A stretch of 63,165 nt of DNA, filler included, from Rhabdomonas costata (GCA_019059605.1; 52 parts of 52 records of this genome joined end to end with filler, not necessarily neighbours in it), one strand, 5' to 3'; positions 1 to 13,483 are shown, counted from the first letter of the whole stretch. The notes: generated from the letters alone by a model not told the origin. Translations and numbers: made by a program.

Positions 1-1117
1 GTTTTTTTGTTGCTCCGCTCGCTCTGTTCTGCCCTTTTCATCTCTGCTTTTTTTTATCTTGGATTGGTGGGGTCAAGAGGAGTGGGTGCAGAGGGTGAGT
101 GGGGAAACTTGCCTGTGGAGCTTCCACCAGCTTGAGGGTGTTCCCACCACATGAGGTTTGCAAAAGGTACGAAGAATGGTCCTGCTCTGTTACAATGTGA
201 GCTTGCAGACGGTTCTGGGCGAAACTTTGCAGTCGTCTGCGTGAACTGAGGCGGGTCAGTTTACCATACATTTCCATCAATTAATCTGGCAAGCACGATG
301 GCGCGGGGCCCGGGGGGTTTACTGCTAAGTTGTGGTTAAATAAGGCTTTTTGAAGGTTTATTATTGGAGCGCATTCAATTGGACTGTTCACCTTCGAGAC
401 GTTGGCTAATCTTCCACCATCTCGAGCAAGACGGGGGATTAGATTCCAAATTTTCAGGAAAATATACTTGGCTGAAAAATAAGAAAAATTTACTTGATTC
501 CTCCAGGCAGACATTTTGCCCTGCCTTTTCATCTGGTGACCCTTGCTGGGTACTTTTGGGTTGTGCTTGCGTGTCGGACGCTTCCCCCCTTTTTGGTACC
601 GTTGGATTGCATTGGATAGAGACCTTCTCCGAACCCCTCCCTTCTCAAAAAAAAAGCCAAAGACAGTTCGAAAACGAAAAAGACAAAAATATAAAAATAT
701 GAAAATAATTGGGAGAGGGCTCCACTTCACCCGCTGGGGCTTCTTTATATGGCATGGAAGGGACTAATTCAGGGAGAAGGGATCGAGGTAGTTGCGGAAG
801 GTGCCTTCAACACTGGACGGGAGCATAAAGCAGTTGAACAGAGCCCAAGGTGAATTAGTCTCACAAGAACGCTCAAGAGAACAAAATGTGATGTTAATCT
901 TTTTGAAACCGCTTTTTGCGAAGGTCACCGACGGGGGCGTTTAAATGATCCTGCCCGCCAGTTTCTGTGAGATTTGTTTATATATTTTTTCAAGGTTCAA
1001 AATGGCAATAATATGTCAAGTGCAAAAATTTATTGATTTATTTATTACATTTCAAGGCTTGGAATCTGGGGTTCGGAGAAGGTCTCTATCCAATGCAATC
1101 CAACGGTACCAAAAAAA

Positions 1118-1217
1118 NNNNNNNNNNNNNNNNNNNNNNNNNNNNNNNNNNNNNNNNNNNNTTAATTAATTAANNNNNNNNNNNNNNNNNNNNNNNNNNN
1201 NNNNNNNNNNNNNNNNN
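1118..1217. other. Artificial contig spacer (first of 51): N44-TTAATTAATTAA-N44
   Basis: The same 100-nt block recurs about every 1217 nt (12-mer at 1162, 2379, 3596 ... 61994). TTAATTAATTAA gives stops in all six frames. Confidence 0.99.
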
Positions 1218-3054
1218 GTCGATGTCGTTCATCAGGCTGTCGATCTGCACCGGGGCGACCGTTCCGGCGGAGAGGGCCTTCTTGACTTGCACGCAGGTCG
1301 CCAGAAGCCTCAGGCGGGCCTGTTCCAGCACCCACCTCATTCTGCCAACCGCACTCCCCCGCACGCCCTATTTCCTTGCACGCAAGCCCATTTCACGGCA
1401 GACCACCTCAAATTCCTCTCGCTTCTTCTTCTTCTACTTTCTTCATCAGCTTTTCCAGTCTCTTTTTTGACTTAGGGACAGTTGTGTCTTGTTGCTCCCG
1501 TTTGTGTATGTTTGTGCGACGAAAAGACAGAAAAGAAAACACACACACACACACGTGAAGAAGGTTTCTCTGTCTCTGTCTTTTCCGAGTTTTGGTACCA
1601 TTCCGTTTTGAAAGGACCTACATTCAAATTTACAACCCTTTTCAAGAACGTCCCGTCAGCGGGAGTCAAAACCTCATTCAGAGGAAGACGGAGAGAGAGG
1701 GCACCGGCCTTCGGCTCGTGTGATGGCCCCGAATATCGAAAGGACTAGGACAAGGGAGAAGCAAAGGTCACTTTGTCTCACGGACACCTGCTATTTGTCA
1801 CATTTGTCTGATCCCATTGGCAGGCCTGACCAATTACACGCGAACAAGCAAAGACATCTTTCCCGAAGTCAAAGAAGCAAATATGTGTACTAATATATTC
1901 ACACAGCTCTGTGTGTGTGTGTCTTTGTGCAAATGCACAGCCAAAAAGACATAGCTGACGTTAACGGCCCCCAGCAATGGACGCCACGATCGGGAGGGGG
2001 GTGTGTGCTAGCGATCCTCAGATGCATCCCTTTTTTTTTGTGTCACAGCTTCTAAACGGAGAGCGCTTCCTAAATCCTTCCGAATTATCTGTTTTTCCGT
2101 GGATTTTTAATGCCAAGATGTTTGTTTGACCGTGGTACGTACCCTAATCCACTCTGTAATTCCTTCCAAACGGGTTGAAGTCATCTCGAGCAGGAACAGA
2201 AATCCCTATACGCCCATCCATCCACACAACACCACTGCACCGCAACTGTGAATGTGAATAAATCATGATGCACGCCCGCACAAGCACTCGCAGACTTTCT
2301 CTGCCGCAAAAACAAACTGGTCTCACACACCCACNNNNNNNNNNNNNNNNNNNNNNNNNNNNNNNNNNNNNNNNNNNNTTAATTAATTAANNNNNNNNNN
2401 NNNNNNNNNNNNNNNNNNNNNNNNNNNNNNNNNNGTCTGCAAAGATCCTCCGTGCGGGCTCCCACTCCATGGCCGTGGCCTCGACTCTGTCCCGGGCCGC
2501 GGCAACGAGCTGCTCTCCGTCCTTTGCCCAGAGCTCTGCCCTGTGCACCCAACCGCGGGCTGCTGGGGTGTGCGCACGTGTTAGCGCGTGTGTGAAGGAT
2601 CCACGGCTGGGATGGGAAAGAAAAACAAAACGGAATAGGATGTGGGCTCCCTGATTGAAGTTGGCGAAGAGAATTTTGTAGCTGCTGAATGGAGGCTTCA
2701 AAAGCCAGGGTCGACGCAGTTTTTCGAAAGAGCAATGTATTTGTCAGTGTGGCTCATCGCTTGTTGTTTCTATGAGCAACCTGTGAGTGTGGTGAGTAGG
2801 ATTAGCACTTCTGATTACATGGGCCCGATGTGTGCCCCCTGAATCAAGGAACTTTTCCCTTTAGTGATGTATAGGCGCTTATTTTTTTCGTGGGCAGCGG
2901 ACTGTGACACTGGTAACACAATTCCCCAAAAGTTGACCAGTGACTAAGTAAAACTAATCTTTTTATATCCCTTTGTCTTCCTTAACGAATGTGTATTGCC
3001 GGTGCTTTCTCTTTATTCTGTCCATTGCCTTTCATGTTTTTCGCTCTCCCACAG

Positions 3055-3233
3055 CTGAGCCCTTTGAGCTTCGGCGGGCACCCCTCGCCCGTGCGCCACG
3101 CCTACTCCAGCAACGTACTGAATCGCCTGGAGAACAACATCGGGGGGCTTATGGTGACGGAGGCGCAGCTGCGGAAGCAGTTCAACCGCCTCGACCACCG
3201 CGGCACGGGTTATCTCGACAAGGCGGCTCTGCG
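3055..3233 (+). CDS. Internal exon, EF-hand-like protein
   Basis: Pyrimidine tract plus CAG acceptor at 3054. GC3-rich reading ...EAQLRKQFNRLDHRGTGYLDK resembles an EF-hand helix-loop. The 3' boundary is uncertain (GT at 3234, or GC at 3223). Confidence 0.55.
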
Positions 3234-5419
3234 GTATACACGCCCCCCTTTAAGCTCCTGACTTTTTGAAATTAGAGGATTATTCTCGAAGGGTGACCCG
3301 TGCTCCGATCTTTGTCGGACGAAATGGTCACGCTTACCGCTGCCTATTGTGTGGAACCCCTGGGAAGCTCCGCAGATTAGCTCTACTCGTGCTAACGGCG
3401 TGTTTGTGTATGTGTGTATGTGTGTAATCTGCTGCTGACTCCCTCTCGCATGCCATACAGGAACCAAGAACAACGAGCAACAATCTCGGTCGAGCGTCTT
3501 TGTTTTTGACTGCAGCCCGTCCTTCAGTGGCGGTAAAATGCACCAAAACAANNNNNNNNNNNNNNNNNNNNNNNNNNNNNNNNNNNNNNNNNNNNTTAAT
3601 TAATTAANNNNNNNNNNNNNNNNNNNNNNNNNNNNNNNNNNNNNNNNNNNNTGTTTTTTGGGTTATAGCGATCTTTCCAAAAAATTGTGCTGGAATCCAG
3701 GGGCACTTTCAAGTCTCCGTACGGAGGGAAACAAAGCAAAGAAATGAGAAAAGAAATGGGAAGTGAGAGGACGGCCAGTGAAAAAAAAGAGGTGCCATTG
3801 AGACCTCTGCTCACTGTGCGCCAGCTCAGCCGCCCTGGCCTCCAGCTCTGCCTTAAGCCGCCGCACCTCCTCCAGCAAAGGGTTGTCCGGCTCGGCCACG
3901 GCAACTCCACCGACCCCATTTCCGAGCATTGGCCCATTCACCACCGGACTGCTGCCGCCTGGACTGGGCTGGGGACAAGGGTCTTGAGCTGGGGAAAGCG
4001 GGGGGACCTCCAGGGGAGAAGCAGCCTGCCCCGTGAGGGGCGGGGATCGCGGCTCTTCCGCAACTTTGGGGGACGGTAAACAGCTTTCCATGAGACGTTG
4101 CACAAGCTCAAATAATGTAATGTTTGATCCAAAAAACAATGGGGGATCACTAAGGCAAATTCAAAACAACCAAACAAATAGTACGCTATCGTGCGTTTAA
4201 CAGATTCCAATCGTTCAATTTGCTAAACTTTGCCAAACATAACACTGCAAAAAAAACGAGAAAAACTCGCGGATCGGGGGTGTGATCGGTTGGGAAGTTA
4301 CACGTGGTTTTGGCAGTTGTGCATTCACATTTGGACGTTATGGTGGCCTTGGTGATCCACCGAAACGTGGAGTGCGGGTGCATCTGGCAGGCTTTGTGGC
4401 CGTGCTAGGGTGTTATGGTGTATCCTCTATGGCAAAGCAGTTAGAATTCTGCGTTCTTTGTTTCCGCATTTCTAGCGCGGTTGTTTCCAGATTCCCGAGG
4501 CTTTTTTTACAGCCTCTTTTACACCCGCGTTATGGCGCTAAGCCGTCTCCGTCATTATTGCCGGTCTGACGGTCGTGATTTTACAATACCACCGCAAATA
4601 TTATCCATCGAACCTGATTGGTCGGCCAAGTTTTAAGCGCAAACGGCCGATTTATGTCCAAACTGGAATTTGCGCGTGGGTTTTGCCTTTGTGTCCATAC
4701 CACCACCCTGTCCATCTTCTTGCACACCATCTTAGCGTAAATTTGCTCAGAGTGGTTTTACCCCCACCNNNNNNNNNNNNNNNNNNNNNNNNNNNNNNNN
4801 NNNNNNNNNNNNTTAATTAATTAANNNNNNNNNNNNNNNNNNNNNNNNNNNNNNNNNNNNNNNNNNNNATGTCGGACACATGCGGAGGGGTGGGTGGTGG
4901 TCGAGCAGAGCGCAATTTGTTCTTGTCCCTGTTCTCACCAACCGTCTATTTGGCCATTACTCCCTCCGTTTTTTCCTCCGCTCTCTCTGACTTCTGTGTG
5001 CCATTGGAATCAAGACAAGAATCGCGCGAAATTTGGTCAAGGCCCGGTCGCGTCGTTAATTTTCTGGTTTGCTTGACGTATGTAGATCCGCAGTAGCGAC
5101 AGTCATCAATTCATTAGGGTAGGTATGCACATATTTATTACATGCTATCACCCAACATCTACACGCTTCACTTTTCCTACACAGTGCAGGGGTGACTGTC
5201 ACTGCCGACTATGCCGTTGGACCAACATGGAAAAAGGGCCGAACCTGCACTCTGATGGGTTGCCTTTGTGCGAGTGGTACGGTTTTGTTGTGTGATGTGA
5301 TGAGACTTGTTATGATATTGGAATTGGATTGCTGTGCTGTGACGCGATGCATTGCCATATGATGCGACGCGATGTGTTGGCACAGGATTTGCGGCAGTGT
5401 ATTCTGTTGTTGTGGGTAG

Positions 5420-5479
5420 GAGCTTCGGCTGCTGAAGGATCTCCGGCACCCCAATATTGTGGAGCTTCTGGGGTACCAG
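5420..5479 (+). CDS. Ser/Thr protein kinase exon (subdomains III-IV)
   Basis: AG|GAG...CAG|GT, 60 nt, ELRLLKDLRHPNIVELLGYQ with the HPNIV motif. Not in the ORF track. Confidence 0.85.
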
Positions 5480-6453
5480 GTGCTGCCCGGGGGGAATCTT
5501 CGGCTTTACATGAAGCACATGCCACGAGGAAGCCTCAGCCGAGTGGTGGAGGACTTTGGCCCGCTGAAATTCCCCGCCGTGCGGTTTTCAGCGACTCCCC
5601 CTCCCTCCCCTTCCTCTTGCACTATGCTTACCTGAACACTTTTCCAACGAAGCGGAAGTTTTACGGATAAACATCTGACCACTGCGGGTTTTTTTTGCTT
5701 CAGATGTGTGCGCACTCCCCCCCCCCGATACGCCTCACGGGGCAGGCTCCAAGGACCCGACAAAGGTACAGCGGTGATCCGGTGCACGGCGCATGCGTCA
5801 CACCGCCCAGCCCACTCCAGCCACTTCCTCACTTCCTCACTTCCTCAGCACGCGAGCACCCAAGACAGGGGATCACCAGAAGAGCGAGACGTCGGCTCCA
5901 TCTCAGCCAGGACGTTATGCGCTCATCACACACCGCACACACACACACACACCCAAGCACCGAGCATCCAGGGAGAACAAAAACANNNNNNNNNNNNNNN
6001 NNNNNNNNNNNNNNNNNNNNNNNNNNNNNTTAATTAATTAANNNNNNNNNNNNNNNNNNNNNNNNNNNNNNNNNNNNNNNNNNNNCCCCCCATAAGATTA
6101 TTTGAGGTCATTTTTGGCCAGTTGAGAAGTCGGCTTTCCCTTTTGTTCGCAATGATCGGGATTCCTGAGTTCCACGAGCCGTGTGAGGTCCTCGACCTCA
6201 AGCAGTTGGTGATGTTTCGAGGGTAATATTTAGAAGAGAAATACCCAGCCTTGCAGGGCGACTGAAAGCGTTTTTTGTGGGCGAAATTAAACTTGTTCAC
6301 TCCCGTTGCCACTGACCAGATCTGTCTAACGAAGCGAAAAGCACGCAAGCTCAGCTGCCCAGGACTGGATCCGCTGCCTTTTTCTTATTTGGTCATGTCT
6401 ATTGGGTCTATTTTCCGAGAAATAAAAAGCTCATGCAAGCGAGCCCCAAATGC

Positions 6454-6623
6454 CTGTTCGGACGTGTTGTCCAGGGCGCTGGTGGCCTCGTCCAGAAAGA
6501 GCACCGTGGGTTTCCGCAGGATGCACCGCGCAATCGCAATCCGCTGCTTCTGCCCTCCGCACAGCTGTGACCCCTTGGGGCCCACATTGGTGTCGTACTT
6601 CGCGGGCAAGTCCATGATGACGT
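6454..6623 (-). CDS. ABCB/MDR-type transporter, nucleotide-binding-domain exon (signature, Walker B, D-loop)
   Basis: [63 protein letters not shown] acceptor and apparent GC donor; both boundaries are tentative. Confidence 0.9.
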
Positions 6624-9600
6624 CTGAAAGTCCAGCCACACGCACAGGGTAAGCAACGGAGCTAAAATGGAGAAACCCGGTCCCAGAACAGGAACGGGTG
6701 TCCAAAAATGCCCTTGCAACTGCGTTTCCCGAGAATGAGGTAACGGGCCAGTGTTGGCTGGGAACCGTTGCAGAAGACAATTCTAACGTCCTCACCAACC
6801 GTCACGCCAGAGGCGACAAAGCGCCGTGTCACAGGAACGAAGAAGGCGAGGTGTCATCACTTTGATAGGATTCTATTCACCCCAAAGTCATTTCTCCCAA
6901 GTGTTATTTATTGCTTGGTGGGTCTTCAAGCCCGTTGCTATGGTCCTTACTCACAATGAGTTCGCAATACATCGTTGAGTACTCCCCGCAAAGCCCTGCG
7001 CACCCAATTTCTCAGCGGGGAGAAACTGAGTGGGGTGCGGTCTAGTGCACGACAGCCTTGTGTCTCCCCCATAACAACAAGACAGCATGGGTCATATCAG
7101 GTGCCAGCGGGCCACACTACAGGAAACAGCAAAATCGGGGCTGAGCGGTCCCGAAAAGGCAACATTCAGAAGAGACTAAATAAAAAACTTGACCAAAAAA
7201 CANNNNNNNNNNNNNNNNNNNNNNNNNNNNNNNNNNNNNNNNNNNNTTAATTAATTAANNNNNNNNNNNNNNNNNNNNNNNNNNNNNNNNNNNNNNNNNN
7301 NNGGTTTTTGGTGTACGCGTAAAACTCCGAAGAAAAATGGCGTCCAATTTTATGTGTTGAATGAAGCTACGACCGTCGTATTCCACAAAGCGTCGAATCT
7401 AGTTCACAATAATTTTGATTTCAACGGCTGCCTTTCCATTGGCGCAAATCGTAGACCGAGGCGGTTCCAAAACGTTGCTAAGAAAAATGAAATTTGAGCA
7501 AGGCTTTGTGCATTGCCTTGATTTGGATACTTGTGTTCGGTTAATTCTGTGCTGTTCGCAGGAATCCTAATCGACGTCATAATGGCGGTCGCTTCGGGTT
7601 GAGTTCTACAATGGCCTCGACTACAAGGGCTCTTTCCATTCGCTGGAAAAGGAAAAAGTGTTTATCCCCAACGACATACAGCAAAGTCCAACTGAAAACA
7701 GAAAGACTCGTGCTGAGCAAAGAAAAACAGTCTAAGGAAGAAGCCCAACGGAGGGCCACACGTGCTACTCACAAAGCTTGAAGCCGTGTGGAGTCCGATG
7801 GGAGGCGGGGGACATGCTACATCACACCCCGAAACACCAACTGACCCACGCCTCGAGAATACAGCCACTTAGCGGAAAAGCGAAGCGGGCTGGGGCCCCG
7901 CGCGTTGCATCGCAAGTCCAGCCAGCCTATCGGCAGTAGGGCATTGCCTGAAAAAGGCAGAAAATGAGAAGCGCAGTGTCTTGCGGGGGGAGGGGCACTT
8001 GTCCCATGTATTGCAAAAAGATCGCCGCGAAACAGAGCCCTGTGAAGCGGGCGCTGCTCGGTCGAAAAATTTTAAACTTATAAAATCGGCATCTACGGGG
8101 CAGTAGAAAAGTATACGTAACCACATTTAGAAAAATGCTATCATCGAGTGGGTACAGGCACACTTTACCAACCCATGTGCACGGAAAATAACTTCACCGA
8201 AAATGGAAAAAAAAATTCGCTTGAAATTAGACAGCAAAAGTCGAAAAATTAAGTATGACCCCATGACACCGACATGCCAACTCCCCGCTTCAACCGTCTG
8301 CTCCGGCACCTAAACTAATGCTGCCCCAATCAGTCCACGAACACCCAAACGTTTAACTCCGTTAAACGTTTACTCCCCCACACACACACATACACAATCG
8401 TCCCCCAAACACCCCAACANNNNNNNNNNNNNNNNNNNNNNNNNNNNNNNNNNNNNNNNNNNNTTAATTAATTAANNNNNNNNNNNNNNNNNNNNNNNNN
8501 NNNNNNNNNNNNNNNNNNNGGTTTGTGGTTATGGGTGGTGGGACGGAGCTCCGGGTTTCCCCTCTGCCCCGGTACGACAGCACGTATTCCCCCGCCGCTG
8601 CAAAGGGCCACCTCAGAGCCCTGGACGCGTACTACGGAACTCCGGTGCATGTGCGTGTGCGTGTGTGTAGCATGATCAGGGGTTTCGTCAACCATGGCCC
8701 ATGATCCAAAGGATGACGTAGCTGGAATCAAACTGTAATACACTGAGTTCAGGTGTTGCATGTGGCCGCCAATGGATCTTGTTGGGTCGACTGATTCGTT
8801 GGGTGTCCTTCCGATGACCTGTGCCCCCCCCCCTTCCAAACTCAAGCACGCTCACACATTCCTTCCCAAACATTTCGAAACGCCCGTTCTTCTGCTTTGA
8901 CCTTCCTCGTTTGACTCTTTTCCCTACTCCTTTGTTACTCTCGTGTCTCAAGCCATCACATCAACTGTGCGCCATTCTCCATGTTTTAGCTTTTAAAGTC
9001 ACAGTCGGGTTTCCTAAGATAGTTTGTGGGGGGAGCGGGGGGTGCCCACTACATTAAGTCCAAAAAAGGTAATTTGTGATAGTATCTGTTTCCGGGAAAT
9101 CCCCCATCGTCACCTACCCCCCGCAAATAATTGTATGAATCACAGGAGGAGTGTAGCGCTTTTAATCACCAGATGATTGTAGCAACCAGGGCACCACTGC
9201 CCCAGTCAATCTGGGTATCGAGGTATCAACTCGGCATGGATTGGACCACTTTGGCTGTCTTTTTTTTTGAGCGTGCTGATGTATTATTGAATTAGAAAGC
9301 TCGCAGATGCGCATGACGGTAAACAATAGTCTGCCCAAAATTACTCTTACTCACTCACTCATACTGGCGCCCCACGCCGTCACTTGGTCATTTGGGCATA
9401 GGCAATGACCTCACCCCGTGGCGCGGCCGAAGCGAAGCGGAAGCGCGAGAGCGGTGCCAGCGACGGAGGCTCTGTCCCTGTTAGCAGTACCGCCCCCAGC
9501 AGCAGCGGCGCCCCCCTCACCGGCGTTCCCGTTGGTGTCGCTTCTCACGGTATGGACGCTCTTCACTGCAGTTCGATGCAGTTCTTTATGGCCTCTAACC

Positions 9601-10524
9601 CCACTCCATCGGAACGCCGTTATCGTCCCCCCAACCNNNNNNNNNNNNNNNNNNNNNNNNNNNNNNNNNNNNNNNNNNNNTTAATTAATTAANNNNNNNN
9701 NNNNNNNNNNNNNNNNNNNNNNNNNNNNNNNNNNNNCAATAATTTTCTTTCAGTGGTCTCACGAGGGGTGTGCACAATGCTAAAAGAAGCGCAACTGCAA
9801 AAAGTTCGTCTGCCTGCTTTCCTTACTGGGTGGAAGTCTCGTCGACGAGGAGTCCTCAGAAATTTTCAGCACCTGTTCGAGTTTTGCAGTTTGCGTTATT
9901 AGCTTTGTTTCTTTTGACACAAACAACCTGGGTCCGAAGAGACCCAATCGTGCGGGGTCTTTAATTTCGCAGAAGAGGCTGAAGCTGCTCCTCCGCACCC
10001 TCCACGCCGAGACGCACCTGCCCTTACGGCCCCTGGTTCTTGTTTGAGAGTTTCTTGCTGTGTTCGCCTTGATGTCAACAAAGCGTTCATCGTTCCCCCG
10101 TGAAGTAAATGCCCCCAAAGAGAACGGAAGGTCGGCCACGGACCTGATTCAGTGCTCTGGTAGGTACATGCGCAATCCGCCCGCTGGTGTACCTGTGGGG
10201 GCCGCTGACAGCCACCGCCAGACGACTGCACACGATCGTGCGGTGTCCGGGTGACAGGTGCCAATGTGCGGTGGTGGGCAAGGGGAAGCAGAAGCGAGTG
10301 CCTACGGGGCGGTTTTCACCGGAGGCGCGACCACGCTCCCAATCACAACAGGCCACACCGTGCGCCAAGAAGCGCTCAGGCTCGCCCTCGGCAGCACCAG
10401 ATGAGCCTTCGTCCGTCTTTCGGTGCCCGTTTGAGGGCCCACCTGAACAGTGTGCATCTATCTCACCTTGCCTCGCCCGAACACTGGAGGACTTTTGCGC
10501 GCAACCCGGGCGTACAACACTGGT

Positions 10525-10848
10525 AAATTATTCCTCTTGGCCAAGGCAATATTGCGCGACAACGGCCGTGGTGGTGGGCGAAAACAGTAGTTCAACGTCA
10601 TCCTCTCTCGACTACAGAGATGGGCCGATGGCGACTGGGAGTCCCTGTGGATTGAAGCCAAAGCGGACGCGGCCGCCCTGACAGAACGCCAGAGCCGCAA
10701 ACTGGCAGCAGAATCACCGGGGAATGATCCACCGACCCACCACCGCCAGGCAGTCCTGCGTACTTTGGCAAACCGGGGTTGCTCCAAAGCCGCGAGAGAG
10801 CTCGCTTCGGCGGGAGTCCACGACTTGACGTCAGAGGTGCTGCAAAAA
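10525..10848 (+). mobile_element. Decayed non-LTR retrotransposon fragment, CRE-clade-like, region upstream of the RT domain
   Basis: One frame reads KLFLLAKAILRDNGRGGGRKQ*FNVILSRLQRWADGDWESLW...RQAVLRTLANRGCSKAARELASAGVHDLTSEVLQK. This matches the RLxxWxxG and SKAxxxLxSxG pre-RT pattern I recall from CRE-type ORFs. In-frame TAG at 10588 and an apparent frameshift upstream. Confidence 0.6.
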
Positions 10849-13483
10849 CAACANNNNNNNNNNNNNNNNNNNNNNNNNNNNNNNNNNNNNNNNNNNNTTA
10901 ATTAATTAANNNNNNNNNNNNNNNNNNNNNNNNNNNNNNNNNNNNNNNNNNNNTGTGGTGTTTGCAGCCGACCAATCGCTTATTCCCACTTTGTGATTGG
11001 ACCACCCCCTCCCTCCGAAGCCCATGACACCGCCTCTGGGGTGGCTGCTGCTGCTGCTGCTGCTCAGCCTTTCTACGTGTGCTGTGGGTGGAGCCAGCGC
11101 CGCTGCCCCTTCAGGTGCTTGACCAACGAATGTTAGCTTTGCAAGCTGAAATCAGACCAATCATGGTGAATTTAACGTTTGACGTTTTTCGCGCTGGGCC
11201 GACCGTTCAATGATGAGGTTGATGACAAATTGTGACAGCGGACTGACCTCCTTCCATTGACCTCTGGGCGTTATTCCAGCAAGCTGTACTCTGGAAAGCC
11301 GGGCGGTGCGGTCGGGGGACGTGGCCTGTGTGGATAGCATCGCGTACCAGTGCAGTGCGGGGGTGCTTGTGCAGGCCACTCAGGCCTGCCAGGGTGTGTT
11401 TTCGGGGACTCCCCATACACATACATGCACGCTTTGGTCACTCAAGATCACCTTGTGCATCACCTTTTCTTGGGCTATGGAGAGTACCTTTCAATGAATG
11501 TGATCGGTTTTTTGTGGTATTTGCTCTTGAAGATCCGCGGCGGGGATGGCAAAGTAGTTCGGTCCACTGCGGTGAATGACTGAGCTCCGGCCTCACCCCA
11601 TTTTGCCTAGGCGTTTCCTTTTCCTGTCATATCAAGCGTCGCGGCTGCTGCTGAATCCACCTTGGTCCGTTTCAGTGGTGTTTTTGTGGTGTATCATTTG
11701 TGAACCCGTGAATCATTAGTAGCACGTGTTGTCATCAATCTTTCTGTGTCGACCCATGGTCTTTGCTTTGCAGCCAGTCTCACGTGCGGGTCCACCCCCG
11801 CGACTTGCCCGGCGGGCTTCGTTCTGAAGTCGGGGTTCACAGTTTGCTCGGCCAGCCCTTGCGGCCTCACTGACTGCTGCGTCGGTATGCTCCTGTGCGC
11901 GGGCTAATGCACCAGACCATCCTTTCAATGCGCCTTCCAGGCTGCTAACGTTGAGCTTGAATATTGCAGTGCTGGAGGGCGATGTTTCTATTTAGTGCTT
12001 TGCGCTTCGGGGTCCAGGTACCGAGCGACTCCTGGGAACCCTATAAGACTACCCACCCCCCACANNNNNNNNNNNNNNNNNNNNNNNNNNNNNNNNNNNN
12101 NNNNNNNNTTAATTAATTAANNNNNNNNNNNNNNNNNNNNNNNNNNNNNNNNNNNNNNNNNNNNGGGGGGGGTTGTATTGACTTCCGATGGTTAGGGAGC
12201 GTCGCCTCTTTGCAGAATTGCTATGTTTTCTCTGTTTGAGCTCGAGGGTTTATGCGCTGAGGAGGACAAGTTGCGGGACTTTTTGAAGCAATATGGCTCT
12301 GCTCTGCTGCATCCGTGACGGTTGTTTGCTGTGACTGTCGTGGGGTTATTTCGTCTTCTTCCTGGGCATGTTTAGTAAAGGTATGCCGGATATTTATTAC
12401 CGCCCGTACTTTGAGATGAACTGAAAACCGATAACCGACAAACGTTCTCCATCATGGCCTCACCTGTCTCATTGCCGCATTCAGCTTTTCGTACGCGAAG
12501 GGGTTCGCTTCGCCCACCACTGGTGCGGGAAGCCCTGGGCTCCGAAAGGCATGCGCCACGGTCGATTCTCCCACGAACCCCAGAGAAGAGGTGGGGTCAT
12601 GAGTCACAGGAACTCTCTCGAGGTCATGCACAGCACTCGCCGCAGAAGGCGCCGATGAGTTGTGCAAAGGAGCCGATGACGGCCGAGCAGTGAGGTGTCG
12701 CGAGAGCTGCGGTCCCCTTCGGATGCGGTGAGCGAAAAGAGAGGTGCCCTTCTGCAGATGGGACGCGGCGGGCTCTCGGGCCTCCCCAGCGGGACCAGCA
12801 TACGCGGGGTCACCCGTGAAGGGCTGCAGCAGCTTACGGCGCATTGTGCAAAACTGCGCTGAAGAACAGGCTATTGGAAATCGGAAACCACGGAATGCAG
12901 AAAAACCGAACTGGAGCTTTTTTGCACTTCGTGGTTGTGGTTCGAGGCACATTGCGCCGAAACCTCCGGGAAAGTGTACTTAGGGCGGGGGTGCCCCCAG
13001 TAAGGGGTCTCACAGTCATTCTTGTGCGCCATTTGCTCCGCGGCCCAAGGTCCCAGATGTATATGTCCTCCATTTAATGGCTGCGATAGGTTTTGATGAG
13101 AGGGAAAGTATTTGGGGGACTGCCATTATTTCTTGGTGAAACAGGCGATGGTAAGTGGGTAGAGCTGTCATCCGTTGATTTGAGGGGTGGCGGCAAGGGC
13201 CCCCCGACTGCACACAGTGATGAAGAAATGGAAGGAGTGCTTTTCTCATAACAGGCTCCCGAGAATGCTAAAGGACTGCCGNNNNNNNNNNNNNNNNNNN
13301 NNNNNNNNNNNNNNNNNNNNNNNNNTTAATTAATTAANNNNNNNNNNNNNNNNNNNNNNNNNNNNNNNNNNNNNNNNNNNNAAATGATTTTTCGTGTGGG
13401 GGCCAAATTTGAGCAAAATTTGCTGCTGTTACCCAATTTTTTTTGTATTATAGGGTAGTGTTCCTTGTTCTTCGCGTTTTCAG

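Noticed and set aside
1162..1173. Regularly spaced TTAATTAATTAA as a CRISPR-like or biological repeat
   Set aside because: Always embedded in N44 blocks; it is a concatenation linker.
8347..8371. Small palindrome AAACGTTTAAC-TCC-GTTAAACGTTT
   Set aside because: Isolated, near a contig end, with no supporting context.
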